Source of the DNA: Octopus bimaculoides
Taxonomy: Eukaryota
Direction of reading: 5' to 3'
Assembly: GCF_001194135.2 (NCBI RefSeq)
Contig: NC_068992.1
Span: forward strand, 5,437,839 to 5,501,838
DNA length: 64,000 bases
In this document: piece by piece, positions 25,038 to 38,855 of the stretch
Layout of the letters: each line of letters begins with the position of its first letter
How positions within the stretch are numbered: the first letter of the stretch is position 1
Notes under the pieces: generated by a model
Seen by the model: the letters and a program-made list of their open reading frames with translations, nothing else
Databases searched by the model: none
Told to the model about the DNA's origin: nothing
Position numbers and translations under genes: made by a program

Positions 25038-26074
25038 AATGAGAACAGAAATGAAGAAGGAAAAGACAAGGAAAAAGAAAACGAAGTCGGGAAATTTCTT
25101 CAAATCTTTGGATTTCCAATCATCACGGGAAATCAAATCAGGAGAATAATTTATTTGTTTGCAACATTCAAATGTATCCTACCAAGGCCATGACTTATTT
25201 CCTTAGATACCTGATTTTCTGCATTGATATTCTAAAAAAATTGAATTTCTTTTCCAATCATTTAAAATATTGCCTTCAAATGAGAAATGATCTTTATGAC
25301 AAAAAATAATAATAATAATAATAAACTGCTAATATTCACTTGGAAATTTATTTTGAAAATGCCAAAGCACCGTTTTCTGAATGTTGTGTGACAGAAGATA
25401 AAGGGATTACAGCTTTCTCTCAAACCAACGTTACGAATTTAAACGAGGTTTGTCAGTTCAGTTGTTTTCCTATGTGTCAGGACTTTTGGAACCATGTGGA
25501 TCATATCAGTAGAATGACACACAAAAAAGGCAAATGTTAATAATATAAGTCAAATGATGTAATCGGTCGTAAATACAGACGTATTTATATTTATGGTTAA
25601 TGTGTAGATGTGTGTGTATAGTACAAACACATACCCTTATAAGTAGATGTTGAAATATGCAGGTATATGTGTATGTATGTGTGTATGTATGTAATTAATT
25701 ATCCATTTTCTTCGCATATCCATTGTCTTCATTTCTTTATTTCATTACTTCTCAATTTCTTTATTTCATTGTTTCCCTAATCTACACCATTCACATTTTC
25801 CTTATTCCTCTCCGAAGATGGGTTAACCCATATTTTGAGATATCTCAGAAACAGCTGTAAGTCTAATTTTTTAGTAATAATAACGTTTATGACTTGAGAT
25901 GTTTGTCATGCCTTAACATTTGTTGCCCTCTTTAACAGATATACATCTGCAATATCGGAACCCTAAAATGGTTCCATAACTTCCGTTTCGATTACGAATT
26001 TGGAGCCCTGGTAATCCATTACCGCACTTACCAAACGTACCTATTCATTTAGATCACCTGTGAACTAAACCCAC

Positions 26075-26117
<43 letters not shown>

Positions 26118-26347
26118 ATATTATTAGGGACAAAANNNNNNNNNNNNNNNNNNNNNNNNNNNNNNNNNNNNNNNNNNNNNNNNNNNNNNNNNNNNNNNNN
26201 NNNNNNNNNNNNNNNNNNNNNNNNNNNNNNNNNNNNNNNNNNNNNNNNNNNNNNNNNNNNNNNNNNNNNNNNNNNNNNNNNNNNNNNNNNNNNNNNNNNN
26301 NNNNNNNNNNNGAGAGAGAGAGAAAGAGAGAGAGAAAGAAAGAAAGG

Positions 26348-26397
<50 letters not shown>

Positions 26398-27429
26398 TTA
26401 TGGAACGTATGTTATAATTGTTTTATACAGCCCGTCGTTATCACGAGCGTATGAACAGTGAAATCTCCATACTATACCATGGGTAAATTAATCATCTAGC
26501 TAATCTTGACGTAGGACGTATGTCGCATGCATTATATTTGCCTGGGACTATTGACCAGATATGTTTACCGAAAACTCTTCGCACCAATCAGATCACTACC
26601 AATGGTTTCCACTGTTTTTCTGAATATTTATTTACTCTTATTGTAAGTTATATTTGTCGGATAAAAGCATTTAACACTATTTCAAAATTTAATAAGGACT
26701 GATTCTAGGTTATTATTACAGCGTACTCAATTTCATTTTCTGTTGGGCTCTTGGAAACCTGTGACATCTCTTATCACTCTGTATTCTTCACAATTATCAA
26801 AATAATCTCAACTGGAACAGAACAAGCTTATGTGTTGAACATAAAAATTCATAAATATATAACGTATTGTTAGAAGTGATTGAAGATTCAAAAGAATCTT
26901 TGAACTTGGGTCGGCTTCTGAATAAAATGCAGATGATATCATATTAGCAATTCATTATTTAATAGACATTACTCCTACTAGAGCCACAATATTTCTCTTT
27001 ATTGTTAATGACGTCTTGGTAAACGTGTTTTTTGTCAATACACATTGTTTAATTATTTTATAAGAATAGACAGTAATGCTATAAACAGTGGAATGAAACG
27101 ATGTTTGATATTTCCGATTTGAATTTTGAATCTGAAAGATCTATTCGTCTAAATTTGTGTTAAACATCAGTTCATCATTGATTTAAACATGAAACGAGAA
27201 GAATTCGTTTCAAATGAATCGTCTTTAATAATATTTAGAAATATATTTGATATAGTGTGATCCATTCTTCATTTACAGTGTAGAGATTGAGGGGTTTCAG
27301 TAAGTAAAAATAGGCTGATGAAATGTTGAGACGTTTGAACGCTGGCTTGTTCCTTTTGTTTCTCTAACCAGTCTATGGGTTTACCTATTTGTCTATCATT
27401 CAGCAATTATATATACACAAAGTTATATA

Positions 27430-27441
27430 AGAGAGAGAGAG

Positions 27442-27522
<81 letters not shown>
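27430..27522. repeat. (GA)n/(GAAA)n microsatellite
   Basis: Seen directly. Confidence 0.95.
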
Positions 27523-27525
<3 letters not shown>

Positions 27526-28921
27526 TGGGGAAGAGAATCGGTTGCATAGTGCTAAGAAGAGTGAAAGTTCGACAGGAGATACATAGATGTATTGCAAATC
27601 AACTCTGTATTAAATGCTATGCAATCATATTTGCATTGCATTATGTTCGTGATTTGGGGGTTATTTTGACATAGAACCTTGAAAATTAAATACCCCGCAT
27701 CACTTGAATTATTTAAAACTCTAAATGCGTCAACACGTTAAGTGGAATGCCGGTGTTAAATTCTTGTTTTTGGCCCAAGACTAATGATGGCAAATCAACA
27801 ATGCAAGTCATTTATTGAATAACGTAGCGTGGACAGGATTTGATTTTCATTAGATATTGTTGCTAAGCCTAATGGAGGAAACGTATAAATATCCGGCTTG
27901 ATTCAGAATGATACCATGGGGCATAAGCTGCATTTGAATCATTAACGAATTTCAGTATAAGTACGCTTCATTCACAACAGAATGGAATATAATGCTTAAT
28001 GGAACAGAATCTTAGCTGTATGTTTAACTCAATCAATTTTACTTATGAAATGAAGTCCTTTAATATTGGGGTTTAATATACAATTGATATCCTCACCCTG
28101 GTTATTATAAACATATTCATTTATGAATTATTCGACGTTGTATTCAAATGAAAAGTAAAATGAATCGATAATATTCAATCAAAGAGGCAATCTCTTTGGC
28201 CTCTTGGCTTCTAAATTGCATGCCAGCTATAATGAGTTTATGCCTTGGCAGATTTAAGTTCTCAAATCACATCCTTAATAATGTGAATTTGTTGAACCCA
28301 TGACTGCATTGTTATAACTACTCAATTGATTTAGGCCAGTAAATGATTTGAAGTTTCTCTTCTTGTTAGTGCTGAATGCTGAGCTAGAACAATCATATAA
28401 TCAGGTCATTTATGATTACATACTTAAATGTGATAAAACCTCTCACTTTCAAAACAAAGTTTACCAGTAACAAAGAATTCAATTCAATGAATAATTACAG
28501 TAAATTAGATTTATGAACATTTGATCTACGTCGTTAAAAATGCATTCAATCCTATTCCTTCTCCGTTCATTTTTCTTCACTTACAGGATCCTGTATATTA
28601 TACCATTTCTTATAGTCTTTATAAGTGCTATTAAGTAAAGGAGATTTATATGGCAGAGTCGGAAAAGAATCGGTCAAAATAAAATTCAGGATGCTTCCGA
28701 CATATTATGTTCTCGCTTTAAATCCACGTATTTCAGGTAGATTAAGCAGCTATTCACAAAAGTTTTTACGTAACCATACAAGCTACATCATTTCCTTGAC
28801 TACTTTCGAAGAAGCAAAGTTGGCAATTTTGGTTTACCATTTTCCAGGTGTAATGAGATATTTTATATATAATTTGAAACATATTAGTTATTTCATGTAA
28901 AACATGTTTAACCCATAGTAA

Positions 28922-28922
<1 letters not shown>

Positions 28923-29011
<89 letters not shown>

Positions 29012-29197
29012 GCATCAAAACATACCTCAGGAATGAGAAGCCTGGTTCGAAATTTCCCCCAAGACACCTGAAGAAAGGTTGGAGGGTATATGAGCCAAAA
29101 CGCTGTGTTAGCAACAAAGAAAATGAGGACAAATATCCGTCAAATATAAATAATATAAATAACGTACATAATTCCTCATCTCTTCAATATAGAACTG
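28923..29197 (+). mobile_element. 5'-truncated second copy of the 1378-1787 element: (AAT)n + hammerhead-bearing tail
   Basis: 29011-29197 aligns with 1605-1787. The hammerhead remnant at 29063-29109 has an intact CTGAAGA, but GAAA is changed to AAAA and U16.1 to C. Confidence 0.85.
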
Positions 29198-29995
29198 TAT
29201 TATGACAAAAATGTTATGCAATTTCTACAATAAATGTATAGACTGGTAAACTCCAAGATAACTAGTACGTGATCTAGCCACGAACAGAGAATTAAAGCTT
29301 GTCCTGCATAAGCTTCTGTATGAAAGCAATTTATAACAGTAGCAAGGTTAAATGAAACACTTTCTCCTTGTTCGGTGTATTTAGGTTTCCAATTATACAA
29401 GAAACACTATCCAGAGTATGATAATAATGGTGCCTGTGTGAGTGTATACATACCGTATTGCCTAGATGCACACGCCTATGTATTTACATATGTATATAAA
29501 TAGATTCATTAGTGAATCTTAGACTGGATCATGGATATTCAACAGTTTGTCATTGTAGTAGGTTGTAGGCTGTCATATATTTTCGATTCGCACACAAAAA
29601 TCTACAACTCGTTAAGAATGTCTACAGTATTTTTGAGTATTTTTTAGCCTCGTGAGAATAGATAAGAGAACTTTTAAAATAATGGATGTGAATTTTAGGA
29701 AGAACTAAGAACACATTTTGCGACGCCAGAAAATAAAGAAATAAAAAATAAAAATAAGTAAACAGATAACAAATGAATAAATAATGAACTCGGAATGATT
29801 CGTACTGTTTGGCATTGAGACCGTATTCTTATTCGGCAGTCTATCAAATAGTGTTAAAAGATATTGCTGCTGTGTCCCACGATGTATACGTACGGATAAA
29901 TTCAATTGTGAGTTATAATCAACGCTAGCGTTCTAATCGCTATAAATCACACGTAAGCAATGTACATGCTTTGCTTGTTTCAAGGTAGGCTGTTG

Positions 29996-30165
29996 TTAGC
30001 GCGGTGGGAATAACTCAAATCACCTGCTTAGATAAAGAAAAAAACGGCGAAACAATTATGTCTACAACGCTTAAAGTGTTTGTTTGGGGCGAGTTACCTC
30101 GCCTGTCAATATCTTTCAGGCATTTTGCATCCGGTGCAGTGAAGGAGGAGTTCCCACCGCGCTAA
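29996..30165. repeat. Perfect 15-bp inverted repeat with 140-nt spacer (possible MITE or RNA hairpin)
   Basis: TTAGCGCGGTGGGAA (29996-30010) and TTCCCACCGCGCTAA (30151-30165) are exact reverse complements. Confidence 0.75.
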
Positions 30166-30918
30166 TTTGCAGCGTATGAGGAAATAAATCACCTATATTG
30201 AGAATGTGAGGTCGATTATGCTCACAACTCTAGTGCTACTTCTATCTTATAATTGATTATATTCTTACGTATGCATCGCCGGAGCACACCAGTATATTAT
30301 TTTTACACTATTTGTATATAATCATAGACTGAAAATTCAGTTCACCTCCAGATGTGTTCAGGTGCATTACGTTGATATGCCACAAAAACTAATGAACCAT
30401 AGATGGCTACCGATCTTGAATGTTATTTGAGGCGAGATGTCTTGACTCTCTATGATTTTCATGTGTTTTGATATCAGGCGTTTTGAGGGAGTGAACCCGT
30501 CGGACTAAATTGCAACCTAACGGCCAACAATTGTGTGCATGTGTTCTTTTTTTTTTACATCAGGCAGATGGAATTAGGTGCCTCGAATCTCTTTTTGTTA
30601 CTGAACGTGTTAAGGCTACAGAAAGCACAAAATGCTGTTTGATCTATTGTGTAGTTCCCACTGTGAGGATGGTACTCATTCTCATCCGATTTTTTCATTA
30701 TCAGAGGGAAATACAGATTTGTGGTTGTGGAAACGAACGACTCGGGACGCTCATAGAAATATCAAGAAGCTAATCCTCCAACCTTCCAGGAACCGTGGCT
30801 TCGACGAATGTATAAATCAAAAGTAAAATTAATTTTATAGTTTGCTTTTCTTTTTTCGAATTAGTAACTGAAGAAAATATGATGTAATTCAATTTCCACC
30901 GTATAAAAGAAAGAAACG

Positions 30919-31529
30919 NNNNNNNNNNNNNNNNNNNNNNNNNNNNNNNNNNNNNNNNNNNNNNNNNNNNNNNNNNNNNNNNNNNNNNNNNNNNNNNNNN
31001 NNNNNNNNNNNNNNNNNNNNNNNNNNNNNNNNNNNNNNNNNNNNNNNNNNNNNNNNNNNNNNNNNNNNNNNNNNNNNNNNNNNNNNNNNNNNNNNNNNNN
31101 NNNNNNNNNNNNNNNNNNNNNNNNNNNNNNNNNNNNNNNNNNNNNNNNNNNNNNNNNNNNNNNNNNNNNNNNNNNNNNNNNNNNNNNNNNNNNNNNNNNN
31201 NNNNNNNNNNNNNNNNNNNNNNNNNNNNNNNNNNNNNNNNNNNNNNNNNNNNNNNNNNNNNNNNNNNNNNNNNNNNNNNNNNNNNNNNNNNNNNNNNNNN
31301 NNNNNNNNNNNNNNNNNNNNNNNNNNNNNNNNNNNNNNNNNNNNNNNNNNNNNNNNNNNNNNNNNNNNNNNNNNNNNNNNNNNNNNNNNNNNNNNNNNNN
31401 NNNNNNNNNNNNNNNNNNNNNNNNNNNNNNNNNNNNNNNNNNNNNNNNNNNNNNNNNNNNNNNNNNNNNNNNNNNNNNNNNNNNNNNNNNNNNNNNNNNN
31501 NNNNNNNNNNNNNNNNNNNNNNNNNNNNN
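30919..31529. other. Assembly gap (largest of many N runs in the window)
   Basis: Run of N. Most gaps in the window abut (TA)n, (CA)n or (CT)n tracts. Confidence 0.99.
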
Positions 31530-31569
<40 letters not shown>

Positions 31570-31596
31570 TATGTATATATAGTAAGAGAGAGAGCG

Positions 31597-31629
<33 letters not shown>

Positions 31630-33266
31630 TTCAAAATTAGATACAGATATATCCATGTGCGCGCACATAGACACATACATATATACATATATAGAAATGT
31701 ATACACTCATAAATATTTATGTGCATGGGTGTGAGTTATGCGTGTGTGTATGTATATATATTTGAGACGTCAACAAAATCGATATATATTACAATCAACG
31801 TAAACACACGCGCGCACACACGTACACACACGCATTAAAACAAAATAAAGCAACTTCTCACGTACAAACGCACGTCGTAAAGTCGGTTCTGCTTCAAACT
31901 TTTATGTGTATTTGTTTTTGAAAATGCATTTTCGTTCTAATATCAGGTTTTCTTTTGGTTCCTTTCCTTCTATTCTTGTCTTTCTATGTCCTGACTTTAT
32001 CTATAACAATCTTCTTCCTCTTCTCTCATATCTCTCACTTTTCTTTGTGTAAGAAATACAAAATCAGTTTTTAACATACGCAGTACCGAACATAGTACCA
32101 TCATATTTTAACTTGATACACAGATGCGAATTATCACTCAATAGCGCGAACATGTGTTCTCTTCTATTCCCTGATATAAATATATATATATATATANNNN
32201 NNNNNNNNNNNNNNNNNNNNNNNNNNNNNNNNNNNNNNNNNNNNNNNNNNNNNNNNNNNNNNNNNNNNNNNNNNNNNNNNNNNNNNNNNNNNNNNNNNNN
32301 NNNNNNNNNNNNNNNNNNNNNNNNNNNNNNNNNNNNNNNNNNNNNNNNNNNNNNNNNNNNNNNNNNNNNNNNNNNNNNNNNNNNNNNNNNNNNNNNNNNN
32401 NNNNNNNNNNNNNNNNNNNNNNNNNNNNNNNNNNNNNNNNNNNNNNNNNNNCAGCGTGTGTGTGTGTGTGTGTATTATTACTTTTTGTCAAGTCATTATA
32501 AGAGTAATATCTGTGTGGAGAAATTTATTAATTTGGTATGCATGTATGTATATGTTTATATATACATATATGATTTTTATTTATCTATATATGGCTGTAT
32601 TTATCTATGCATTTAAAGATATACATTTATGTAAATATGTTTCCTGTATTGTCAGTGCACTTATGACGCATAATTTTATATTTCAACATGAGTAATGTAA
32701 TAAAGCGAGATACACTATACGGTAGACAGAGAAAGAAAACTAGTTGCAGTATTACATTATAGCACATAAAATGTATGTTCATACGTGTTCAGTGGATTTT
32801 CTACGTAGGTTAATTAACTAACACTCTTTATTCCACATGCGTGTGATATGAAGACAGTAGTAGCGTCTTATGAGTGAAGATATTGTGAGTACATTCACAC
32901 AATGTTAAATATGTAAGCTAAAAGCTTCACTGACAATAATTATTTCACAGGTGTCGTATGATAAAGACATTTTTTTAAGTATGAGTTAATACGAGGGCAT
33001 ATGAACTTTTGGATACATGAACAAACGAAGACAGCTTTGTGGAACGAAAATATGCTTCACAGGAAATTGGGTGACAATTAACAGATAACATATGTAGAAG
33101 ATAGGGTACAAAATGAATAATAACTGTGAAAGAATGAAGTTAAGTTTCATGAATAACACGTTGCGGATCAAAGCAATTGACTATCTTTCGTAAAGTACTT
33201 GTAATATAAATTCAAGTGGACCAATTACTACTAGCAATATTGGTAGCTTTACAGTGAATTAAGCAG

Positions 33267-33303
<37 letters not shown>

Positions 33304-33313
33304 NNNNNNNNNN

Positions 33314-33350
<37 letters not shown>

Positions 33351-33369
33351 TACACATACGCATACGCAC

Positions 33370-33455
33370 TGGATTTGTTAGACAGAAACTGAAAGAAACC
33401 CGTCGTATATATGTATATGATAGTGTGTCTGTGTTTGTCACCCCCAACATCGCTG
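33370..33455 (+). mobile_element. SINE family A, internal fragment
   Basis: GGATTTGTTAGACAGAAACTGAAAGAAACCCGTCGTATAT motif. Confidence 0.75.
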
Positions 33456-33925
33456 TTTCCTCTATTGTCAGAAAGGGGAGGTAAATGGCATTACAACAAA
33501 CGATCCGTCAAAGAAAGAAAATAAGTAGAATTTGAAAATATTTATTGCAATAACAGTCCATGATTAATTAAAGAAGCGAGGTATGTGGTTAATTTCAATA
33601 ATGATTTTCATAGAAATGAAAACAGTTAATATAGTCAAGCATGTAAATATTTCAATATCCCTAAGGCTGAACATACAATAAGCAAGAATAAGAAATATTG
33701 AATGGTCGATTAGCGCCTGACGCATGAATATATAAATTTTGACCACAAGCATATGTAGATCTGCATTGTAGTCCTAAACACAAAAGAAAATTATTTAATA
33801 TATCAGCATTGTTTGCCGATTTTAGAAATGAAGACGATATATTAAAGGTCTTGTGAACAACTTGAAAAAAAATTAATTTGAAGACGCTGTAATTTGTTCA
33901 ATACAATACAACCATATATAAATGA

Positions 33926-33964
<39 letters not shown>

Positions 33965-35387
33965 CCCCACGTTGTGAGTTGTAATGTAACATATATTTTT
34001 ATAAAAGTATATATAACAAATATATATATAAAAAATAAAATTTATATAGCTTTGATATAGTTTTAATATATTTTGTAGTGAAAGTGTATCGTGTTTGTCG
34101 ACCAGCTTCACTGCCGCTAATCACGACATTGAAATTATTNNNNNNNNNNNNNNNNNNNNNNNNNNNNNNNNNNNNNNNNNNNNNNNNNNNNNNNNNNNNN
34201 NNNNNNNNNNNNNNNNNNNNNNNNNNNNNNNNNNNNNNNNNNNNNNNNNNNNNNNNNNNNNNNNNNNNNNNNNNNNNNNNNNNNNNNNNNNNNNNNNNNN
34301 NNNNNNNNNNNNNNNNNNNNNNNNNNNNNNNNNNNNNNNNNNNNNNNNNNNNNNNNNNNNNNNNNNNNNNNTATATATATACATATGTAAGCGTATCAAT
34401 GAAAATAAATTCATAAAAATTTTAGTTATCCCCTAATCAGTTCCGAGTTCTGGATCAATCCAAAATGACTTTACCGTCATCAGCGAGGAACACAAAATGA
34501 AAATAAAATGAAATAATTCTCCATATCTACAGAAAAGCAGAAGCAAAGTCATGAATGCATTTAAGTACTCTAAATATATTCAAGTATAATTTCCGTACCA
34601 AGTTTCAATGCATGTGTTGCCGGTCAGGAAGCGCACTCATATTTTTTCTTTTCCTTGTTCGAATTTGTAACTGACGAAAATATGATGTAATTATATTCCC
34701 AATACATGAATAGCAATCTAAAAATAAATATGCTCCAATCAAGAGAAAGATACACCTCTTGTAGATAGAACGTGATTTCCAGAAAAAAATCTTAAATAAT
34801 TGGTGTTAGTATACATGGTGATGGCCAGGGTTATCAATTGCCAGGTTTCAGATTTATTTGAAAAGATTTACAATACATACAGTTAAAAAAATAATTAAAA
34901 CTGATATAAATAGGGAATCCTATAAAATTGTATTAATGAACGTCTAAGAGAAATTTCTTTACCAATTATTCACAATATTCATGCTTGCATACAGATACAA
35001 AAATATACGCTGTCAGAGAGGGCCCAGGGTACCAGAATATGAGCTCAATTCCCTCAACATGCAACAACTAGGAAGTAACAATCAGTACTCAGAAGAGCAC
35101 CAATATGCACTGCAGAAGCCATATTTTGAATCAACAATTCACTATCTAAGCGGACAATTGTTGACAGGTTCACGTAACCCGGCAGCACACTCTCCAGACT
35201 TTTTTAACATTGACGATATATTTAACACACGCATCGCAAAGGATTTTCAGCATTGGAGAAGTTGCAACAATCAGTCTTCTGTATTAATCAAACAATATGT
35301 GTGTGTGTGGAGTATGTGTGCGTGTGCACGCGTGAGCGCTAATGTATATTATATACATATCTCTAAAGCACTCACTTTGTACTATGT

Positions 35388-35421
<34 letters not shown>

Positions 35422-35540
35422 AAACACACATATATATATATATATGTATTAGAGGGGTATCTTTTAGTTTCTTATTTCTTTATTGCCTACAAGAGGCTAA
35501 ACATAGAGGGAACAAACAAGGACAGACAAAGGTAATAAAT

Positions 35541-35668
35541 TGATTACATCGACCCCCAAAGGATGAAAGGCAAAGTCAACCTCGGCGGAATTCGAACTCA
35601 GAACGTAACGGCACACGAAATACCGCTAGGCATTTCGCCCGGCGCGCTAACGTTTCTGCCAGCTCGCC
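35541..35668 (-). mobile_element. tRNA-derived SINE family B (CORE-like central domain), internally deleted
   Basis: Near-identical to the corresponding part of 41519-41720. Confidence 0.85.
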
Positions 35669-35872
35669 GTCCTCTTTTAGTTTCTGCCAACCCAAACTGA
35701 CACGCTGTGTGACTCAACTCGAAACAAAACCGTTGGAAGCCCGACTCCTGCTGCGAAGCTTCTATCTATCTATCTATCTATCTATATATGCATATATATN
35801 NNNNNNNNNNNNNNNNNNNNNNNNNNNNNNNNNNNNNNNNNNNNNNNNNNNNNNNNNNNNNNNNNNNNNNNN

Positions 35873-35934
<62 letters not shown>

Positions 35935-36393
35935 ACATATATAGGTGCATTCTTACATGCACACATATCTGAATATTTACACGTGAACTCAGAAACAGAG
36001 ACACGTACATACTTGTATATTTTCCTCCTTTATCGCATAAACATTCCTGATATTTGTTTGATCTACTGTATAAAAATTTCCCGTCGAGTGTCTTTAAAAA
36101 AATACTTCATTATCCTCAAAAAATATATATATTTTGGTTTGTGGCCAAATGTCTAATAGTCTTCCTCTTCTTTATTTATGCATTCATTCAGCCATCCTAC
36201 TTAATTTGCTTTTTTTTTTTGTAATGTATTTCTCTTTATGTTAGCCTGTTTAATTCTCATTCTGTCTCCACCTGTCTCTTTCACTTACTCTCTCTCTCTC
36301 TCTCTCTCTCGCCTGTCAGCCTATTTATATGCACCTCATACGCTCTCTACTTGTCTTTCTTTTGTCTTTCCTTCTAATTTTCTCTCAGTCCTA

Positions 36394-36394
<1 letters not shown>

Positions 36395-36455
<61 letters not shown>

Positions 36456-36456
36456 A

Positions 36457-36497
<41 letters not shown>
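36395..36497. repeat. (CTAT)n microsatellite
   Basis: Seen directly. Confidence 0.95.
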
Positions 36498-36499
<2 letters not shown>

Positions 36500-38302
36500 T
36501 ATACGTTTCTTTTCACAGTAGAATATTGTTTAATATTTCGTTTTGTTCATGTACTATTTCCTATTTCCCATGATACTATCGATTGGTTTATTTTTCTTAT
36601 ATTTTCCTAATTCATTTAATTTAATTCTTTTTTATTCTAATAGTAGATTTGTTATTTCCAGGTCCTCGATTATTTGACATATTTTTTCTTACGGCACTTT
36701 GGAGGGCCTTAGACTGCAGTAATTATAATCGTACAAATCTTTCCTCCCCTTCCTTAATACTCATTGCTATTCAGCTCAGGGTCACTAAACACTGAACACT
36801 ATAAAAATTGGTTATCAACAACGCCGACCACGTCATGAAATATACCAGCATTTCCTCTTCCTATGTAAGCTACTATACCATCAGTATCAGCATTTCAACC
36901 TATTTTACTGCTAGAAATTGCTTTGCTAAAACAAACCCTCACAATCATTCGCTATCAAACTACCACATATACTTCCAGGGCTAACACTCTTTTTTTATTT
37001 AAGCACCATCACTGAAATATGCAACAGTATCATAGTCGGACGTTGATGACAGTTAAAAGCAATACCTGGTTTCATAACAAAAGCCACATTTAAAGACTAT
37101 TAGTTTTACGTACACAAATCCACTACAGCCAACCAAAAATTATCGCTATCTTTACTTCTATCTTTACTACAGCTCATGACTGTTTCCACCACATCACCAC
37201 ATTTCAAGGAATCCTGTTTCTTTTCTTCTTTTTCTTTTTCTATTGAATTTATCTTTAATATTTTTTCTACTCAATGAAAAAGATTGATAGTTATCGAGTA
37301 TAATACAATGAAGATAAAGCGGAAACGTGAATAAAAAATATATAAAATTAATGTTAATATGAGAACAAGAGGTGTTTCTGGTTTGTTAGAGAAAATGACA
37401 GAATCACAATCGAATCAACTATATAAATCTCCATAAGAATAGCCAGGCTTTCAATATTAATGGTTCCCTCTTTTAAATTCTTTCGGTCATAACCTCCGGT
37501 CTTCTGTCCGCAAGACATATACAGACGCGTATAGAAAACTTCACGCAAATACATTCTCACACTGGCTATTTACAAACAACTGGAAGAATCCAACTTATCA
37601 AAATAAGTAGGTTAAATGCTCAAACATTGAGGCATATATTATATTCCTACTGAGTCTTACATTGCATTTTGTTAAAGTATGCAAATTTATGTTAATGCAC
37701 TGATATCTAAATAAAATAGAGTTTTATGGATATGTTGATCAAGCTCTCTGTATTGCCATAAGGGCATATGTTTTACTGACGCTTATCATTCAGAAGGATG
37801 CAATGTGATGTAGAGATATAAAGCTGCATTTACAAGAATGAATTGAACACTGGGATACATTTATTCTGCGATACGCTGTACAATGTTACTGCTAAGTAAT
37901 AAGGTTATTGTTGCAGAACACAGACAAGTTTGTTGTGGTAACTAAAAACTATTTCGAGAACATATGGCACTAAGTATTGGAAAATCGATGATCAAATGTA
38001 ACACACTCATCAGCACAAGAAAATAAGATGTTTTAATGAGAGAATAACACTATCAGAATAAAAGAAAACGCCGATACTGACACAATTATAATTCAGCAGA
38101 AATATATGGGTGCATAAATATGAAAACGGTATGTATAAATGTGTGTGTGTGTATATGCATATGTATTTGTGTGTAAAGGTGTTTGTATGTATGAATGTAT
38201 GCATGTGTGTGCATGCACTTAAACATTCACAATTTTTTTATGATGTCTTATACAATGAGACTCATAGAAAATATATTTCGTAGCTCATGGTACGAAATAT
38301 GC

Positions 38303-38411
38303 TACAAACAAGGTTCCAGGTTCAGTCCCACTGCGTGCCACCTTAGGAATGTGTCTTCTAATGTAGGCTTGTGAGTGGATTTGGTAGACGGAAACTGAAA
38401 GAATCCTATCG

Positions 38412-38457
<46 letters not shown>

Positions 38458-38646
38458 TATTTTTCCCAAACATCGCTTGACGACCGATGTTGGCGTGTTT
38501 ACGTACCCGTAACTCAGGGATTCACCAAAAGTGAACGATAGAATAATTACTAGGCTTACAAAGATTAAGCCCTTGGATCGATTTGTTCGACTAAAGGCGG
38601 TGATCCAGCATGGCCGCAAGCATATGACTGAAACAAATAAAAGAAT
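38303..38646 (+). mobile_element. SINE family A, near full length
   Basis: Aligns with 5556-5910 (GGTTCAGTCCCACTGCGTG...AAAGGCGGTGATCCAGCATGGCCGCA). Confidence 0.85.
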
Positions 38647-38696
38647 ATATATATATTTATATATATATATATATATATAATATATATATATATTTA

Positions 38697-38855
38697 TACG
38701 ACGATCTTCTTTCAGTTCTTGTCTAAAAAATTCACTCAGAAGGCTTTGGTCATCCGAAGGCTATAGTTGAAGTCTTTTGCCGAATGTGCCACACAGTGGG
38801 GGCTGAATACGGAACCATGTGGTAGGGAAACAAACGCTTGCACATAGGCTTAAGA
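38697..38855 (-). mobile_element. SINE family A, 5' part, inverted relative to the neighbouring copy
   Basis: Reverse complement matches the head and centre of 38303-38415. Confidence 0.7.

Noticed and set aside
28585-28627. 43-nt minus-strand exon candidate; also 110 nt at 40926-41035, 49 nt near 44330, and a 72-nt plus-strand one near 25940
   Set aside because: Plausible splice sites and an open frame, but no recognisable peptide and no coherent gene model could be built.
30855-30889. CTGA...TGATG in the duplicated 35-mer read as snoRNA D'/C' boxes or a miRNA arm
   Set aside because: No flanking C and D boxes and no pre-miRNA-like hairpin.
30770-31710. Longest ORFs in the track (264-281 aa); also those at 40065-40763 and 56056-56791
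   Set aside because: Their length comes from reading through N gaps.
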